A stretch of DNA of 63,531 bases, from positions 1 to 63,531 of the forward strand of contig CANPVV010000004.1 of NCBI GenBank assembly GCA_947581835.1, in the 5' to 3' direction. The notes under the pieces are model-generated. The model was not told the origin of the DNA, did not search any database, and saw only the letters and a program-made list of their open reading frames with translations. The position numbers and the translations under genes are program-made. Positions 33,379 through 43,140 of the stretch are shown piece by piece (the stretch's first letter is position 1; the number at the start of each line of letters is the position of its first letter). Origin of the DNA: an uncultured Bacilli bacterium. GTDB lineage: Bacteria; Bacillota_I; Bacilli_A; RF39; UBA660.

Positions 33379-36075
33379 ATGAAAAGAAATATTAAGTGTG
33401 ATAATTTAAAAGGTATATTGATTTTTTTAGTTGTTTTGGCGCATTTACTTTATTCTTTTAAATATTATAATAATAGTTTTAATGTTTTTATAACTTATTT
33501 TATTTATACTTTTCATATGCCTTTATTTTTAATAATATCAGGTATGTTTTCTCAAACAAAAGATAAAAAATCTCTTTTAAATATTTTATTATTGTTTATT
33601 TTGTTAAATTTAAGTTATATTTTGTTTGATTATCTTTTAACTGATAATTTAGAGTTTTTAGTTATTAAATATTCGGCTTGGTATTTAATTGCCCTTTTTA
33701 TTTATCGTTTAATTGTGTATTTTGATAAAAAAGATATTATAAAAAAGTATAGAATACCTTTTTTGGTTAGTTTATTTATTGTAACAAATTTAATTAGTTT
33801 GTTTAATTTAGATTATTTTAACCGGATAATTAGTTATTCTTTCTTTTTCTTTTTTGGGTATTTGATTAATCCGCAGGAGTTAAAATTATCAAAAAAAGTT
33901 AGTATAGTTGCTTTAATTGGTTGTTTTTTACTTCTCTTTAAAATTGCTAGTTTTAAGTTAGGTCTTAATTTTTTTATGGCTTATCCAGTATTAAATTGGG
34001 GATATTTAATTTTAAGAATTATTATTTATTTAATTGATATTGTTTTATTTGTTTCTATGTATAATCTTATTAGTGATAAAAAAATTCCTTTAATTAGTAC
34101 ATGGGGAGAAAATTCTTTAGGAATATATATATTTCACCGAATTATTACAATTATTATTACAGATACATTTATTAATAGTGTTTATTTTTATCCAGTTATA
34201 ATTATAGGAGCTATTTTAATTTGTTTCTTGTTTGGGAATAAGAAAATTAAAAGTTATTTAAAAAATACTAAATATATTATAATTACGATTACTACCCTTC
34301 TCTTTTTAATTGGCGTTAATTATTTTTATCATAATTATAGGTCTTTTATGAAGCCTAAATATATTAGTAGTGAAGAATATAAGGAAATAAGTAATAGTGT
34401 TTCATTAGGTTTTGTGGGAGATTTAATATTGTTAGAAAATCAGGTTAAAGATTCTTATAGGGAGGGAGAATATAATTTTGATTATATGTTTTCTTTAGTT
34501 AAAGATTATTTTAATGAGGTAGATTATATGATGGGTGTTTTAGAGGGGCCAGTAAGTGATAATAAACCTTATTCGGTGGGTAATTTTTCAGATAATAAAG
34601 TATTAAAGTTAAATTATCCTAGTAGTTTTATTGAAAGTATTAAAAATAGTGGGATTGATTTAGTTACTATTGCTAATAATCATATATTAGACCAAGATAT
34701 AGAAGGATTTAGAGATACAATAAATAATTTAGATAAATATAATTTGGAATATGTAGGAAGTAGAAATGAAAGAACAAAAATAATTAAGGTAAAAAATTTA
34801 AAAATTGGAGTACTTGCTTATACTTATGGTTTAAATTATCAAACAGAAGATAGTTTATTTAAAGATTTAAAAGTTACTAATTATATTGTACCTTCACAAA
34901 GTAAGTATTTTAAAGAAGTAAAGGAAGAAGTTACACAAGATTTTTTAGATTTAAAAAAAGAAAATGTAGATTTAATTGTGGTTTTACCGCATTATGGAAC
35001 ACAGTTTTTAACAAAAGCTGATGAAATGCAAAAGACTTGGAATAAAATATTTGCTAATTTAGGGGCAGATATTGTTTTAGGAAGTCATGCTCATTCAGTT
35101 CAACCTGTGGAATATATTGGAGATACTTTAGTATTTAATTGTGTAGGTAATTTTGTTAATTCTTATATAGAGCATGATGGCGATATTTCTTTTATTTCTA
35201 AAGTTTATATAAATCCGCAAACTAAAAAGGTTATTGGAGGTGGGATTATTCCTTTGCTTGCCGTTAAAGATAAAAATTTGGGGTATTATGCACTTCCGAT
35301 TTATAAAAATTATAATATTTTAGAGGAATATAAAGATAAAATGGCTTATGCGAATAGTTTAGTAACTAAAGTGGGATTAGGACAGAATATTGGAATTAAT
35401 GAGATGGAAGAAGAGTATTATATTTTTAAAGATGGATATAAAAAACATTTAAAAAATGATTTAACTTTAACAAGTAAAGATAAGATAAGTAATATGTATC
35501 AAACTATAGATAAAGGGCAAAATATTTGTTTTATTGGAGATAGTATTACAGAAGGAACTAAAAATGGATATGTTCCTTGGTACAAACCTTTAATGGAATT
35601 ATTTAAAGATAAACAGGTTTATAATTATTCTAAAGGTGGTTATACGTCTAAGGATATTATAGATAATTTTCAGGATAAATTAGCAAATTCTTTATGTGAT
35701 GTGGCAATTATTAATATTGGAACTAATGATATTCGTTATAGTGAGATAAAAAAAGAAGAATATATAGAGAATATAAATAAAATAATAGATTTTTTAAATA
35801 ATAAAGAGATAGTTCTTTTAGCTCCTTTTAGGACTACTGAGCAAGATAGGTATTTAAAAGTTGATGCTGAAAATAAAAGATTTTTGTATGAGGAATATGA
35901 CGAAGAGTTAAAAAAGATAGCTTTAAGTAAGAGTAATGTTTCTTTTATTGATATTAATAGTTATATAGCAAAAGTATTAAAGGAAGATGGAGAAGATTTA
36001 TTTTTATTAGATGGAGTTCATCCGAATAATGGTTATGGAGTTTTATTATATTCTTATGCTTCAATGCGAGAATAA
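33379..36075 (+). CDS. Three-domain fusion: acyltransferase-3 membrane domain + CapA/PGA_cap metallophosphatase-like domain + SGNH/GDSL hydrolase
   Basis: The N-terminus has KCDNLKGILIFLVVLAHLL plus ~10 TM helices. The middle has GFVGDLIL, IANNHILDQ, LPHYGTQF, GSHAHSVQPVE. The C-terminus has FIGDSITEGT, GTNDIR, DGVHPN. Confidence 0.75.
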   Translation: MKRNIKCDNLKGILIFLVVLAHLLYSFKYYNNSFNVFITYFIYTFHMPLFLIISGMFSQTKDKKSLLNILLLFILLNLSYILFDYLLTDNLEFLVIKYSAWYLIALFIYRLIVYFDKKDIIKKYRIPFLVSLFIVTNLISLFNLDYFNRIISYSFFFFFGYLINPQELKLSKKVSIVALIGCFLLLFKIASFKLGLNFFMAYPVLNWGYLILRIIIYLIDIVLFVSMYNLISDKKIPLISTWGENSLGIYIFHRIITIIITDTFINSVYFYPVIIIGAILICFLFGNKKIKSYLKNTKYIIITITTLLFLIGVNYFYHNYRSFMKPKYISSEEYKEISNSVSLGFVGDLILLENQVKDSYREGEYNFDYMFSLVKDYFNEVDYMMGVLEGPVSDNKPYSVGNFSDNKVLKLNYPSSFIESIKNSGIDLVTIANNHILDQDIEGFRDTINNLDKYNLEYVGSRNERTKIIKVKNLKIGVLAYTYGLNYQTEDSLFKDLKVTNYIVPSQSKYFKEVKEEVTQDFLDLKKENVDLIVVLPHYGTQFLTKADEMQKTWNKIFANLGADIVLGSHAHSVQPVEYIGDTLVFNCVGNFVNSYIEHDGDISFISKVYINPQTKKVIGGGIIPLLAVKDKNLGYYALPIYKNYNILEEYKDKMAYANSLVTKVGLGQNIGINEMEEEYYIFKDGYKKHLKNDLTLTSKDKISNMYQTIDKGQNICFIGDSITEGTKNGYVPWYKPLMELFKDKQVYNYSKGGYTSKDIIDNFQDKLANSLCDVAIINIGTNDIRYSEIKKEEYIENINKIIDFLNNKEIVLLAPFRTTEQDRYLKVDAENKRFLYEEYDEELKKIALSKSNVSFIDINSYIAKVLKEDGEDLFLLDGVHPNNGYGVLLYSYASMRE

Positions 36076-36112
36076 AAAAGATAGTAATTTATATTACTAT
36101 CAAATTTTAGAT

Positions 36113-36772
36113 TTAATTGGAATTTAGAGAGTCTTGGAAATCGCTTTGAAGCTTAGATATTTTATTTATATAATCCTCAGTATTTTTATAATAGATTAAT
36201 TTACAGGTGGCACCTTTTTGTTCATATATGCTTTTAACATATTCGGCTTGGTCTTCTACTTTTTTAAAGTCCCCTATTTTGATTTTATTAACAATTTTGG
36301 TAGCTTCTCTCATCGCTTCAGTTTGGCCAACGGTTCCTCCTCCCCCGATAGGTCGGTTACTAATTTTATAATATCTAATTGAGTAATCAATAAAATCATG
36401 GTCATAAGTACAGACTACACCTAACTCAGGAAGTTTAAAAAAATAGTATAGGCGATCACGATAGATAAAATAAAATATTAAAATACTAGAAATTATTAAG
36501 AGAAAGAAAGCGATTAGTATTTTTATTAAAATCTTACTTTTTTTTACTTGATTATCGATGGTTTTAACCATTTTTTCATCACCTTTTATTAAAATGTCTA
36601 AAGAAATTTGAAATTTATTACTTATTTTTATAAGAGTTTCAATATCTGGATAACTTTTGGAATTTTCCCAACTTGAAATAGTTTGTCTACTTACATTAAA
36701 AATTTCGGCAAATTCTTCTTGAGACATTTTATTATCCTTTCTTATTTTTAATATTTGTTTACCCAGATTCAC
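36113..36772 (-). CDS. Membrane-anchored XRE-family HTH protein
   Basis: The GTG start at 36772 lies 7 nt after AAAGGAGG. An HTH (MSQEEFAEIFNVSRQTISSWE) is followed by one TM helix and an extracytoplasmic domain. Confidence 0.75.
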   Translation of the reverse strand: MNLGKQILKIRKDNKMSQEEFAEIFNVSRQTISSWENSKSYPDIETLIKISNKFQISLDILIKGDEKMVKTIDNQVKKSKILIKILIAFFLLIISSILIFYFIYRDRLYYFFKLPELGVVCTYDHDFIDYSIRYYKISNRPIGGGGTVGQTEAMREATKIVNKIKIGDFKKVEDQAEYVKSIYEQKGATCKLIYYKNTEDYINKISKLQSDFQDSLNSN

Positions 36773-36932
36773 AGATATTCCTCCTTTCATGGACATTTTA
36801 CTATTAGTTATTTTTTATTTCTATCAAAATATCTTTACATGGTTAAAATTTTTAGCAAAGATTCTTGGCATTTAATAAATATAATTGTTTTTCATTATAA
36901 CACTTATATTTTATTTTGACAAATTTTATTAT

Positions 36933-36960
36933 AAATTGTATTTTACTATTTAATTAACTT
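36933..36960 (+). repeat. 28-nt intergenic motif, copy A
   Basis: AAATTGTATTTTACTATTTAATTAACTT matches 40446-40473 at 25/28 positions and 40505-40532 at 24/28. Confidence 0.6.
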
Positions 36961-37032
36961 TATTTTGGGATGATAAAAATAATTAGAAAATAAATAGAAA
37001 TTAAAATAAATATAGTTTATAATATTAGAGAG

Positions 37033-37416
37033 GTGAAAAGAGTGAGAGAATTAATTTTAAGAAAATGTAATAATTGTGGGGCTTTGGTTAAAGTGATAAG
37101 TGATTGTAAGTGTACTTGTGGTATTAATTGTTGTGATAAAGAAATGAAGATAGTAAAAGCTAATAGTGAGGAAGCTAGTTTTGAAAAACATATTCCTAGT
37201 TATGAAATAAGGAATGATAAAATTATAGTTAATGTTAATCATGTGATGGAAGAAGAACATTTTATAAATTGGATTATGTTTGTTGGAGAAAATAGTGAAG
37301 AAATTATTTATTTTAACCCAATGGAAGATGCTAAAGCAGAATTTAAAAAGCAAAAAGGAATTTTGTATGCTTATTGTAATAAACATGGCTTATGGAGTTG
37401 TGAGGTTACTTATTAA
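37033..37416 (+). CDS. dfx: Desulfoferrodoxin-type superoxide reductase
   Basis: The N-terminal Cys cluster is CNNCG...CC. Centre II ligands are visible in EKHIP, NHVMEEEH and YCNKHGLW. Confidence 0.8.
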   Translation: MKRVRELILRKCNNCGALVKVISDCKCTCGINCCDKEMKIVKANSEEASFEKHIPSYEIRNDKIIVNVNHVMEEEHFINWIMFVGENSEEIIYFNPMEDAKAEFKKQKGILYAYCNKHGLWSCEVTY

Positions 37417-37603
37417 GTTATCCCCTTTTTGGGGTTTTTATTTTGGAAAAAAATTTAAAAAGCAGAAAAAAAGTTGCACGAATACTAGATAAATAGTTAT
37501 TTAAAAAAATTTTTAAGAAAACATTTAGAAAATAAAAAGCCCCTATTTTAAAGAAAATACGGGTTTAGATAAAAGTCTAATTTTTAGACTAAATTTTAAT
37601 AAA

Positions 37604-37679
37604 TGGCTGCCCCAGTAGGATTCGAACCTACGGAATCGAAGGGTCAGAGCCTTCTGCCTTACCGCTTGGCTATGGGGCA
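37604..37679 (-). tRNA. tRNA-Gln (anticodon CUG)
   Basis: The reverse complement is TGCCCCATAGCCAAGCGGTAAGGCAGAAGGCTCTGACCCTTCGATTCCGTAGGTTCGAATCCTACTGGGGCAGCCA. It has a U1-A72 pair, anticodon loop CTCTGAC and an encoded CCA, and closely parallels E. coli tRNA-Gln. Confidence 0.9.
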
Positions 37680-37772
37680 ATGTAAATATATTATAGCACT
37701 TTCTAATAATTTAGTAAATAAGGGTTATACTAATTTAGGTTTTATGTTATTATTAGAATAGGAAGTGATTTT

Positions 37773-38651
37773 ATGGTTTATAATATTGAGATTTTAAGTA
37801 AATTTTTTGAAATTGATTTAAAGATTAAAAAGTTATTAATGGAGTTAGCGCCTAATAGTTATGATAATAGTAGTCCTAATGCTAAAATGAAGTATATAGA
37901 TAAAGTGGTTGATTATACTAAAGCTTTTAAAAGATATTTTACAATTATTAGTGATACAATGGCATTAATAGATAAAAAGTATATAAAAAAGTTTTTTCTT
38001 AATATAGAAAATGAAATATATAAATTTGATTATCGTTATGATAATGTAAATGATATTTATAAAAATTTATTTGCAGATATGAGTCCTGCTTTGGTTAATG
38101 AGATAAATGAAACAAATGTGGGGTATACTATATTTAATGGGATTAGTACTAAAAATTGTCGGACAATAAATGAGTTACTCCATGCTTTACATTCTTTTGT
38201 TATAAATAATGATTATATATATAATATGATACCTCCAATAAAAACAAATGGTGATATTAAACTTAGAGGGTATAATTCTATTTTAGCAGAACAGTTATTT
38301 GATAGTTTACCTAATAATACTGAGGCTAGTTATATTGATATTTTAGGTTTAAGTCCAACACATTTTATAGTAATGTTTAGAGATTTAGGTCATGCGACTA
38401 CTATTGAGGTTACAGAAGAAAATGATAAAGTTTTTGTTAGTTATTTTATTCCTAAATTGTGTAATGTAGAAATGATTAAAAAATTAAAAGGAATTAATAA
38501 AATAAAAAATAGTGATAATGATGGAGTTATTGGATGGGCAACAGGAGATTATATAGTTACAAAAGAAGAATTTTTAAGGGAAACTATGAATTTAATTCAA
38601 ATGATACCAACTGATGAAGATATAGAAGCTTATAAAAAATATTATCGTTAA
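37773..38651 (+). CDS. Hypothetical protein
   Basis: Clean 292-aa ORF. No motif recognised. Confidence 0.5.
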   Translation: MVYNIEILSKFFEIDLKIKKLLMELAPNSYDNSSPNAKMKYIDKVVDYTKAFKRYFTIISDTMALIDKKYIKKFFLNIENEIYKFDYRYDNVNDIYKNLFADMSPALVNEINETNVGYTIFNGISTKNCRTINELLHALHSFVINNDYIYNMIPPIKTNGDIKLRGYNSILAEQLFDSLPNNTEASYIDILGLSPTHFIVMFRDLGHATTIEVTEENDKVFVSYFIPKLCNVEMIKKLKGINKIKNSDNDGVIGWATGDYIVTKEEFLRETMNLIQMIPTDEDIEAYKKYYR

Positions 38652-38732
38652 AAATTAGAATAAATTAACTCTTTGCTATTTTTATAAATTAACTATTATG
38701 TTACAATATGGGTGTAAGTAGTAGGAGTGTAT

Positions 38733-39827
38733 ATGGAAAAAGAAGATTTATGTTTAATTGTTATGAATAATTGTGAAGAATTAGGACTTAAAGTTAATAA
38801 GGAAATTAAAAGAATTAGGAAGACAGATAGTAATTATTTAGTACCAATAGAAATGGCAAGATTTAATGATGGTGAAGGAAAAGTTACAATTAAAGAGTCA
38901 ATTAGAGGAAAAGATTGCTATATCATAAGTGATACACATAATTATAGTATTACTTATAAAATGTATGATTTTGAGCATCATATGAGCCCAGATGAGCATT
39001 TTCAGGATATTAAAAGAACTATTTTAGCAATAATGGGTCATGCGAAAAGTATCAAAGTAGTAATGCCAATGCTTTATTCAGCAAGACAGCATCGAAGAAA
39101 GTCAAGAGAATCTTTAGATTGTGCAGCAGCTTTACAGGAACTTAAAAATTTAGGAATTGAGGGAATTGTTACGTTTGATGTCCATGATCCTAATGTGCAA
39201 AATGCAATACCTACCCTTTCCTTTGATAATTTTTTTACAACAAATGATATGCTTAGAACTTTTCTTAAAAATGAAGAATTTGATAATGAAAAAACTTTGG
39301 TGGTTAGTCCGGATACAGGAGCAATGGATAGAGCAAGATTTTTAGCAGATATATTAAGAGTAGATGTGGGTATGTTTTATAAAAGAAGAGATATTTCGAA
39401 AGTAGTTAATGGAAGTAATCCGATTGTTGCTCATGAATATTTAGGTCCTAATGTTAGAGGAAAATCAATTATTATAGTGGATGATATGCTTGCAAGTGGT
39501 GGTTCAATGCTTGACGTTGCTTATGAACTTAAAGAAAAAGGAGCTAAAAAAATATTTTTCTTTACAACTTTTGCATTGTTTACTCAAGGATATAAAAAGT
39601 TTGATGATGCTTATGAAAAGAAAATATTTGATGCAGTATATTCAACTAATTTAACTTATATTCCTGAAGAAATTTTAAATAAGAAATGGTTTTATGCGGC
39701 AGATTGTTCTACTTATTTAGCTAAGATTATTGATAGTTTAAATAAAGGCAATTCAATTACAGCTTTAATGAAAGATAATTCAGCGATAACTAAATATAAA
39801 CAAGAGAAAAATTTATTTAAAAATTAA
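38733..39827 (+). CDS. prs: Ribose-phosphate pyrophosphokinase family protein
   Basis: Motifs seen: RFNDGEGKV, ARQHRR, FDVHD and the PRPP loop IIVDDMLASGGS. It is longer and more divergent than classical Prs. Confidence 0.75.
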   Translation: MEKEDLCLIVMNNCEELGLKVNKEIKRIRKTDSNYLVPIEMARFNDGEGKVTIKESIRGKDCYIISDTHNYSITYKMYDFEHHMSPDEHFQDIKRTILAIMGHAKSIKVVMPMLYSARQHRRKSRESLDCAAALQELKNLGIEGIVTFDVHDPNVQNAIPTLSFDNFFTTNDMLRTFLKNEEFDNEKTLVVSPDTGAMDRARFLADILRVDVGMFYKRRDISKVVNGSNPIVAHEYLGPNVRGKSIIIVDDMLASGGSMLDVAYELKEKGAKKIFFFTTFALFTQGYKKFDDAYEKKIFDAVYSTNLTYIPEEILNKKWFYAADCSTYLAKIIDSLNKGNSITALMKDNSAITKYKQEKNLFKN

Positions 39828-39855
39828 AAATTTAAGATTTTGGTCTTAAATTTTT

Positions 39856-40392
39856 TTAACGAGATAAATTATTAGTAGTTTCATTTAGAACTTGGTAAGT
39901 ATAAGAATTGTTGATATTAACAAAATCTGATGCTTCTAAAGCAGATATTTTTTCAGGAGTTACTGGACCTAAGTTATCTAAATTCATAGTATTAATAATA
40001 CCGGTATACATATTGATATAAGTAATACTAGTTGTTATAACATTTAAGTTATTTACTATATCATAAGGGTTATATATAGCTTCTAAAATTTTATTTTCAC
40101 GACTTAGTAACATTAATTTTAATTTATTAAGAGGATTAGTTGTTACTTCTCCTAGCATTCCTAATTGAAAATCTAATCTACTAAAGTAATGACTGTCTAA
40201 AAGCATGGTTATGTATTCTTCAATATTTTCAGGATAGACAGTAGCTACATGCTCATAAGTATTGAAAGTTTTATTTTTACCAGAAACATTTTTAGTTTGA
40301 AGACGATGCTTAAAAATATCTACTGCCAATTTTTGATTTTCAAGTCTTATATCATAAACTTTTTTTATTTCGTCAATTTTCATTTTTTTCAC
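39856..40392 (-). CDS. Hypothetical protein
   Basis: 178-aa ORF with a GAGGTGA RBS and an upstream TGATATAAT extended -10. Confidence 0.5.
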   Translation of the reverse strand: MKKMKIDEIKKVYDIRLENQKLAVDIFKHRLQTKNVSGKNKTFNTYEHVATVYPENIEEYITMLLDSHYFSRLDFQLGMLGEVTTNPLNKLKLMLLSRENKILEAIYNPYDIVNNLNVITTSITYINMYTGIINTMNLDNLGPVTPEKISALEASDFVNINNSYTYQVLNETTNNLSR

Positions 40393-40445
40393 CTCATGTT
40401 TAGTTATTATATCATAACTTTTAAGACTTATAAAGAGTTTATTAC

Positions 40446-40473
40446 AAATTGCATTTTACTATTAAACTAACTT
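40446..40473 (+). repeat. 28-nt intergenic motif, copy B
   Basis: AAATTGCATTTTACTATTAAACTAACTT. Confidence 0.6.
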
Positions 40474-40504
40474 TTAAATGCAACTTTTTTAAATAAAATT
40501 TTTA

Positions 40505-40532
40505 ATATTGCATTTTATTATTTAATTAACTG
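40505..40532 (+). repeat. 28-nt intergenic motif, copy C
   Basis: ATATTGCATTTTATTATTTAATTAACTG. Confidence 0.6.
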
Positions 40533-40539
40533 TTTATTT

Positions 40540-41157
40540 TTATTGAAGACGTTTTAAAGAAACTAAAGTAGTATTATCAAAAACCATTTCAATTAGACGA
40601 ATACCTGTCCAAGTGCCATCCACGATTGATTCTTCTTGATAGTTTAAAATTAGACGATTATCAAGATTAAAACCTTTTTCACAGTATTCAGTAAGAAGAC
40701 TAGTTATAGCTACATTATGGGTAAATACTGCGATAGTTTTATCTTTGTCATTATTTAAAACTTTTTTTAAAAAATTGTGCATTCTTTTTTTAACGTCATT
40801 TAATGATTCTCCTCCACTTAAGCGATAGTTAAAATCATTTTCTTGCATTTCAGTTACCATACGGATTTTTTTATCTTGAAGATTACCAATAACACGTTCC
40901 CCTAATTCTTTAGCAATATTCATATCTATTTCTAAAGTGTGGGCGAGATATTTTGCGGTTGCAATACTCATAACATAGTTGGAAGTATAGATTTTGTTTA
41001 CTCTTTGAAGAACTTTATTAGAGGCAAGTCTTTCACTTTCTTTTTCTCCTTCGATACTTAAAATACGTTTTTCTCTTTTACTTTCTAAAGTTTCATCTTC
41101 GGGAAATACTAAATTATTTATTGTATAACCATTATTAATTAAATAAATTGTTGTCAA
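40540..41157 (-). CDS. Histidine-phosphatase (phosphoglycerate-mutase-like) fold protein with degenerate RHG motif
   Basis: The proposed TTG start at 41157 overlaps the upstream TGA (ATTGA). IYLINNGYT replaces the canonical hYLhRHGET. The downstream blocks LSGGES and VFTHNVAI are retained. Confidence 0.6.
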   Translation of the reverse strand: MTTIYLINNGYTINNLVFPEDETLESKREKRILSIEGEKESERLASNKVLQRVNKIYTSNYVMSIATAKYLAHTLEIDMNIAKELGERVIGNLQDKKIRMVTEMQENDFNYRLSGGESLNDVKKRMHNFLKKVLNNDKDKTIAVFTHNVAITSLLTEYCEKGFNLDNRLILNYQEESIVDGTWTGIRLIEMVFDNTTLVSLKRLQ

Positions 41158-41672
41158 TCGATAATCACTCCTAACAAACCATAACTTAAGATTAACATTA
41201 TTATTCCGGCCATTATAACACCTAATATAGCAGCTAAACAAGATTTTTTCTTATCCATACCTAATAAAGCAGCGATAAGGCAACCTGTCCAAGCACCAGT
41301 TCCAGGTAAAGGAATACCAACAAATAAAACTAATCCTAAATATTTTAATCTTTCAATTTGGTCTTTTTTGCTGGTGGCTCTTTTTTCTAGTTTAGTAACT
41401 AGTTTACCTATCGGGCCATTTTTACTTTTAAAATAATCAAATATTTTAGTTATAAACCATAAAATAAAAGGAATAGGTATAATATTGCCCAGAAAACAAA
41501 TGATAAAACTAGGAAGCATAGGAGCGTGCATAAGTTTTGCCGCGATTAAGCCCCCTCTTAACTCTAAAATAGGCATTAAAGAAATGATAAACATAACTAA
41601 ATATTTACCATACCAAAGACTGGTTAGACTGCCAAAAATTTTTATTACTAATTTTGTTATTTTCTCTGCCAT
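41154..41672 (-). CDS. Small membrane protein of the COG2426 / putative small multidrug export family
   Basis: ILELRGGLIAA motif and 4-5 TM helices. Confidence 0.6.
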   Translation of the reverse strand: MAEKITKLVIKIFGSLTSLWYGKYLVMFIISLMPILELRGGLIAAKLMHAPMLPSFIICFLGNIIPIPFILWFITKIFDYFKSKNGPIGKLVTKLEKRATSKKDQIERLKYLGLVLFVGIPLPGTGAWTGCLIAALLGMDKKKSCLAAILGVIMAGIIMLILSYGLLGVIID

Positions 41673-41788
41673 ATTATTACCTCTATTTAATTATATCGAA
41701 AATTTGAAATAAATCAAGTAAACTAGAAAAAAATAGTATAGTTAAAGAGGTAAAAGAAAATAAAAATATTAGTTTTTTTACTAATATT

Positions 41789-42478
41789 TTAAAGAGTTAA
41801 ATCATCTTTTTTAGTTAAATCAACGTCAAAGATATGACCAAAGTATTCAAAATCAGAAATATTAAAGATTTCATCTATAGGGCGGTGTAAGTTTTTAGTT
41901 ATTAAATAAACTCCAATTAAATCAGGATTGTAGCCATGAGATAAGAGTTCGTATTTAAATAGTTCTACTTGATGAGAGTAAGTTTTAATAAATAGATATA
42001 CTTCCCCTTTTTTACTTAAAACAATACTTTGAGAATCATCATAAATAAATTCTTTAGTCCAAATAGTGTATAAATAGCCTTCTTTTATAAGTCGTAAGCA
42101 TTCGTTTAATTCTACTTTATTTAGTTTGGTGTTAAGAGAGTTTTCAGATATACCACCTAAATGGTTGATTTTTTGTAAAACAAAGTTGGTTAAATCTAAA
42201 TTGTTTAGAAAAGTTAAAGCATTGGATTTAGCAATATTTTCTAAAATACTTTGAATAGTTAGATTTGGTTTTAATAAGGTATCAAGAGTTAGGCCTTCTT
42301 TTAGTTGGTATTTGTTGTTTTGAAATTTGGTTAGATAGTTGATTCTATTGTTTGATTTATTAGAAAAATTGTATGGTTCATTTATATTAGATATTAAAAG
42401 AGATATATCTAAAGTGTCAATTTCACCATTAAATTTTAATAAAGAGGCAGCGATTAATTCTTCAAATGTTATAGGCAT
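41789..42478 (-). CDS. Hypothetical protein
   Basis: Clean 229-aa ORF. No motif recognised. Confidence 0.5.
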   Translation of the reverse strand: MPITFEELIAASLLKFNGEIDTLDISLLISNINEPYNFSNKSNNRINYLTKFQNNKYQLKEGLTLDTLLKPNLTIQSILENIAKSNALTFLNNLDLTNFVLQKINHLGGISENSLNTKLNKVELNECLRLIKEGYLYTIWTKEFIYDDSQSIVLSKKGEVYLFIKTYSHQVELFKYELLSHGYNPDLIGVYLITKNLHRPIDEIFNISDFEYFGHIFDVDLTKKDDLTL

Positions 42479-42604
42479 ATTTTTTACCTTCTTTCTATAA
42501 GTTATTTTATTATAACTTATTTAGAGATATTTCTCAATAGAAAAATGGTTATTTACAAATTTAGAGTTTTAATTTATAATTTTTAAAGAGAAAGAGGTAA
42601 AAAT

Positions 42605-43117
42605 ATGCTTAATGTTGTTTTATTTGAACCAGAAATTCCAGGAAATACAGGAAATATTATGAGAACTTGTGTAGCAACTAATACTGTACTACATTTAATT
42701 AAACCTTTGGGGTTTAGTTTAGAAGAAAAATATATTAAAAGAAGTGGAGTTAATTATATAGATAAATGTAAATATTATGTTTATGAAAATATAGAAGAAT
42801 TTTTTCATAAAAACAAAGGAGAATATTTCTTTTTTACAAGATATGGACATAAACCACATTCATCTGTTAATTATAAGGAAATTAAAGATAATATTTATTT
42901 AATATTTGGAAAAGAATCAACAGGTATTCCAAGAGAAATATTAAAACCATATATAGAAAGATGCTTTAGAATACCAATGACGGATAATGTTAGGGCTCTT
43001 AATCTTTCAAATAGTGTTGCTATTGGAGTATATGAGGTTTTAAGACAAAAAAATTATGAAGGATTATTATTTGATGAGCCCCATAAGAGTAAAACTTTTA
43101 TTGAAGATGCAGAATAA
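42605..43117 (+). CDS. trmL: tRNA (cytidine/uridine-2'-O)-methyltransferase TrmL (SpoU/TrmH family)
   Basis: MLNVVLFEPEIPGNTGNIMRTC...LHLIKPLGF closely parallels E. coli TrmL. Confidence 0.88.
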   Translation: MLNVVLFEPEIPGNTGNIMRTCVATNTVLHLIKPLGFSLEEKYIKRSGVNYIDKCKYYVYENIEEFFHKNKGEYFFFTRYGHKPHSSVNYKEIKDNIYLIFGKESTGIPREILKPYIERCFRIPMTDNVRALNLSNSVAIGVYEVLRQKNYEGLLFDEPHKSKTFIEDAE

Positions 43118-43140
43118 AGATAAGTAAAATAAAGACGTGA

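Noticed and set aside
29305-36100. Calling the whole tmRNA-to-dfx interval a defined integrative element or prophage
   Set aside because: No integrase, excisionase, or replication or structural phage genes are present, and no second att copy is seen beyond 29972. Only the small repeat-bounded islet is supported, and the rest is described simply as accessory-like.
37057-37492. ORFs 37057-37386(-) and 37280-37492(+) overlapping the desulfoferrodoxin gene
   Set aside because: They are shadow or out-of-frame ORFs with F/I/N-rich nonsense-like translations. The dfx frame carries all the catalytic motifs.
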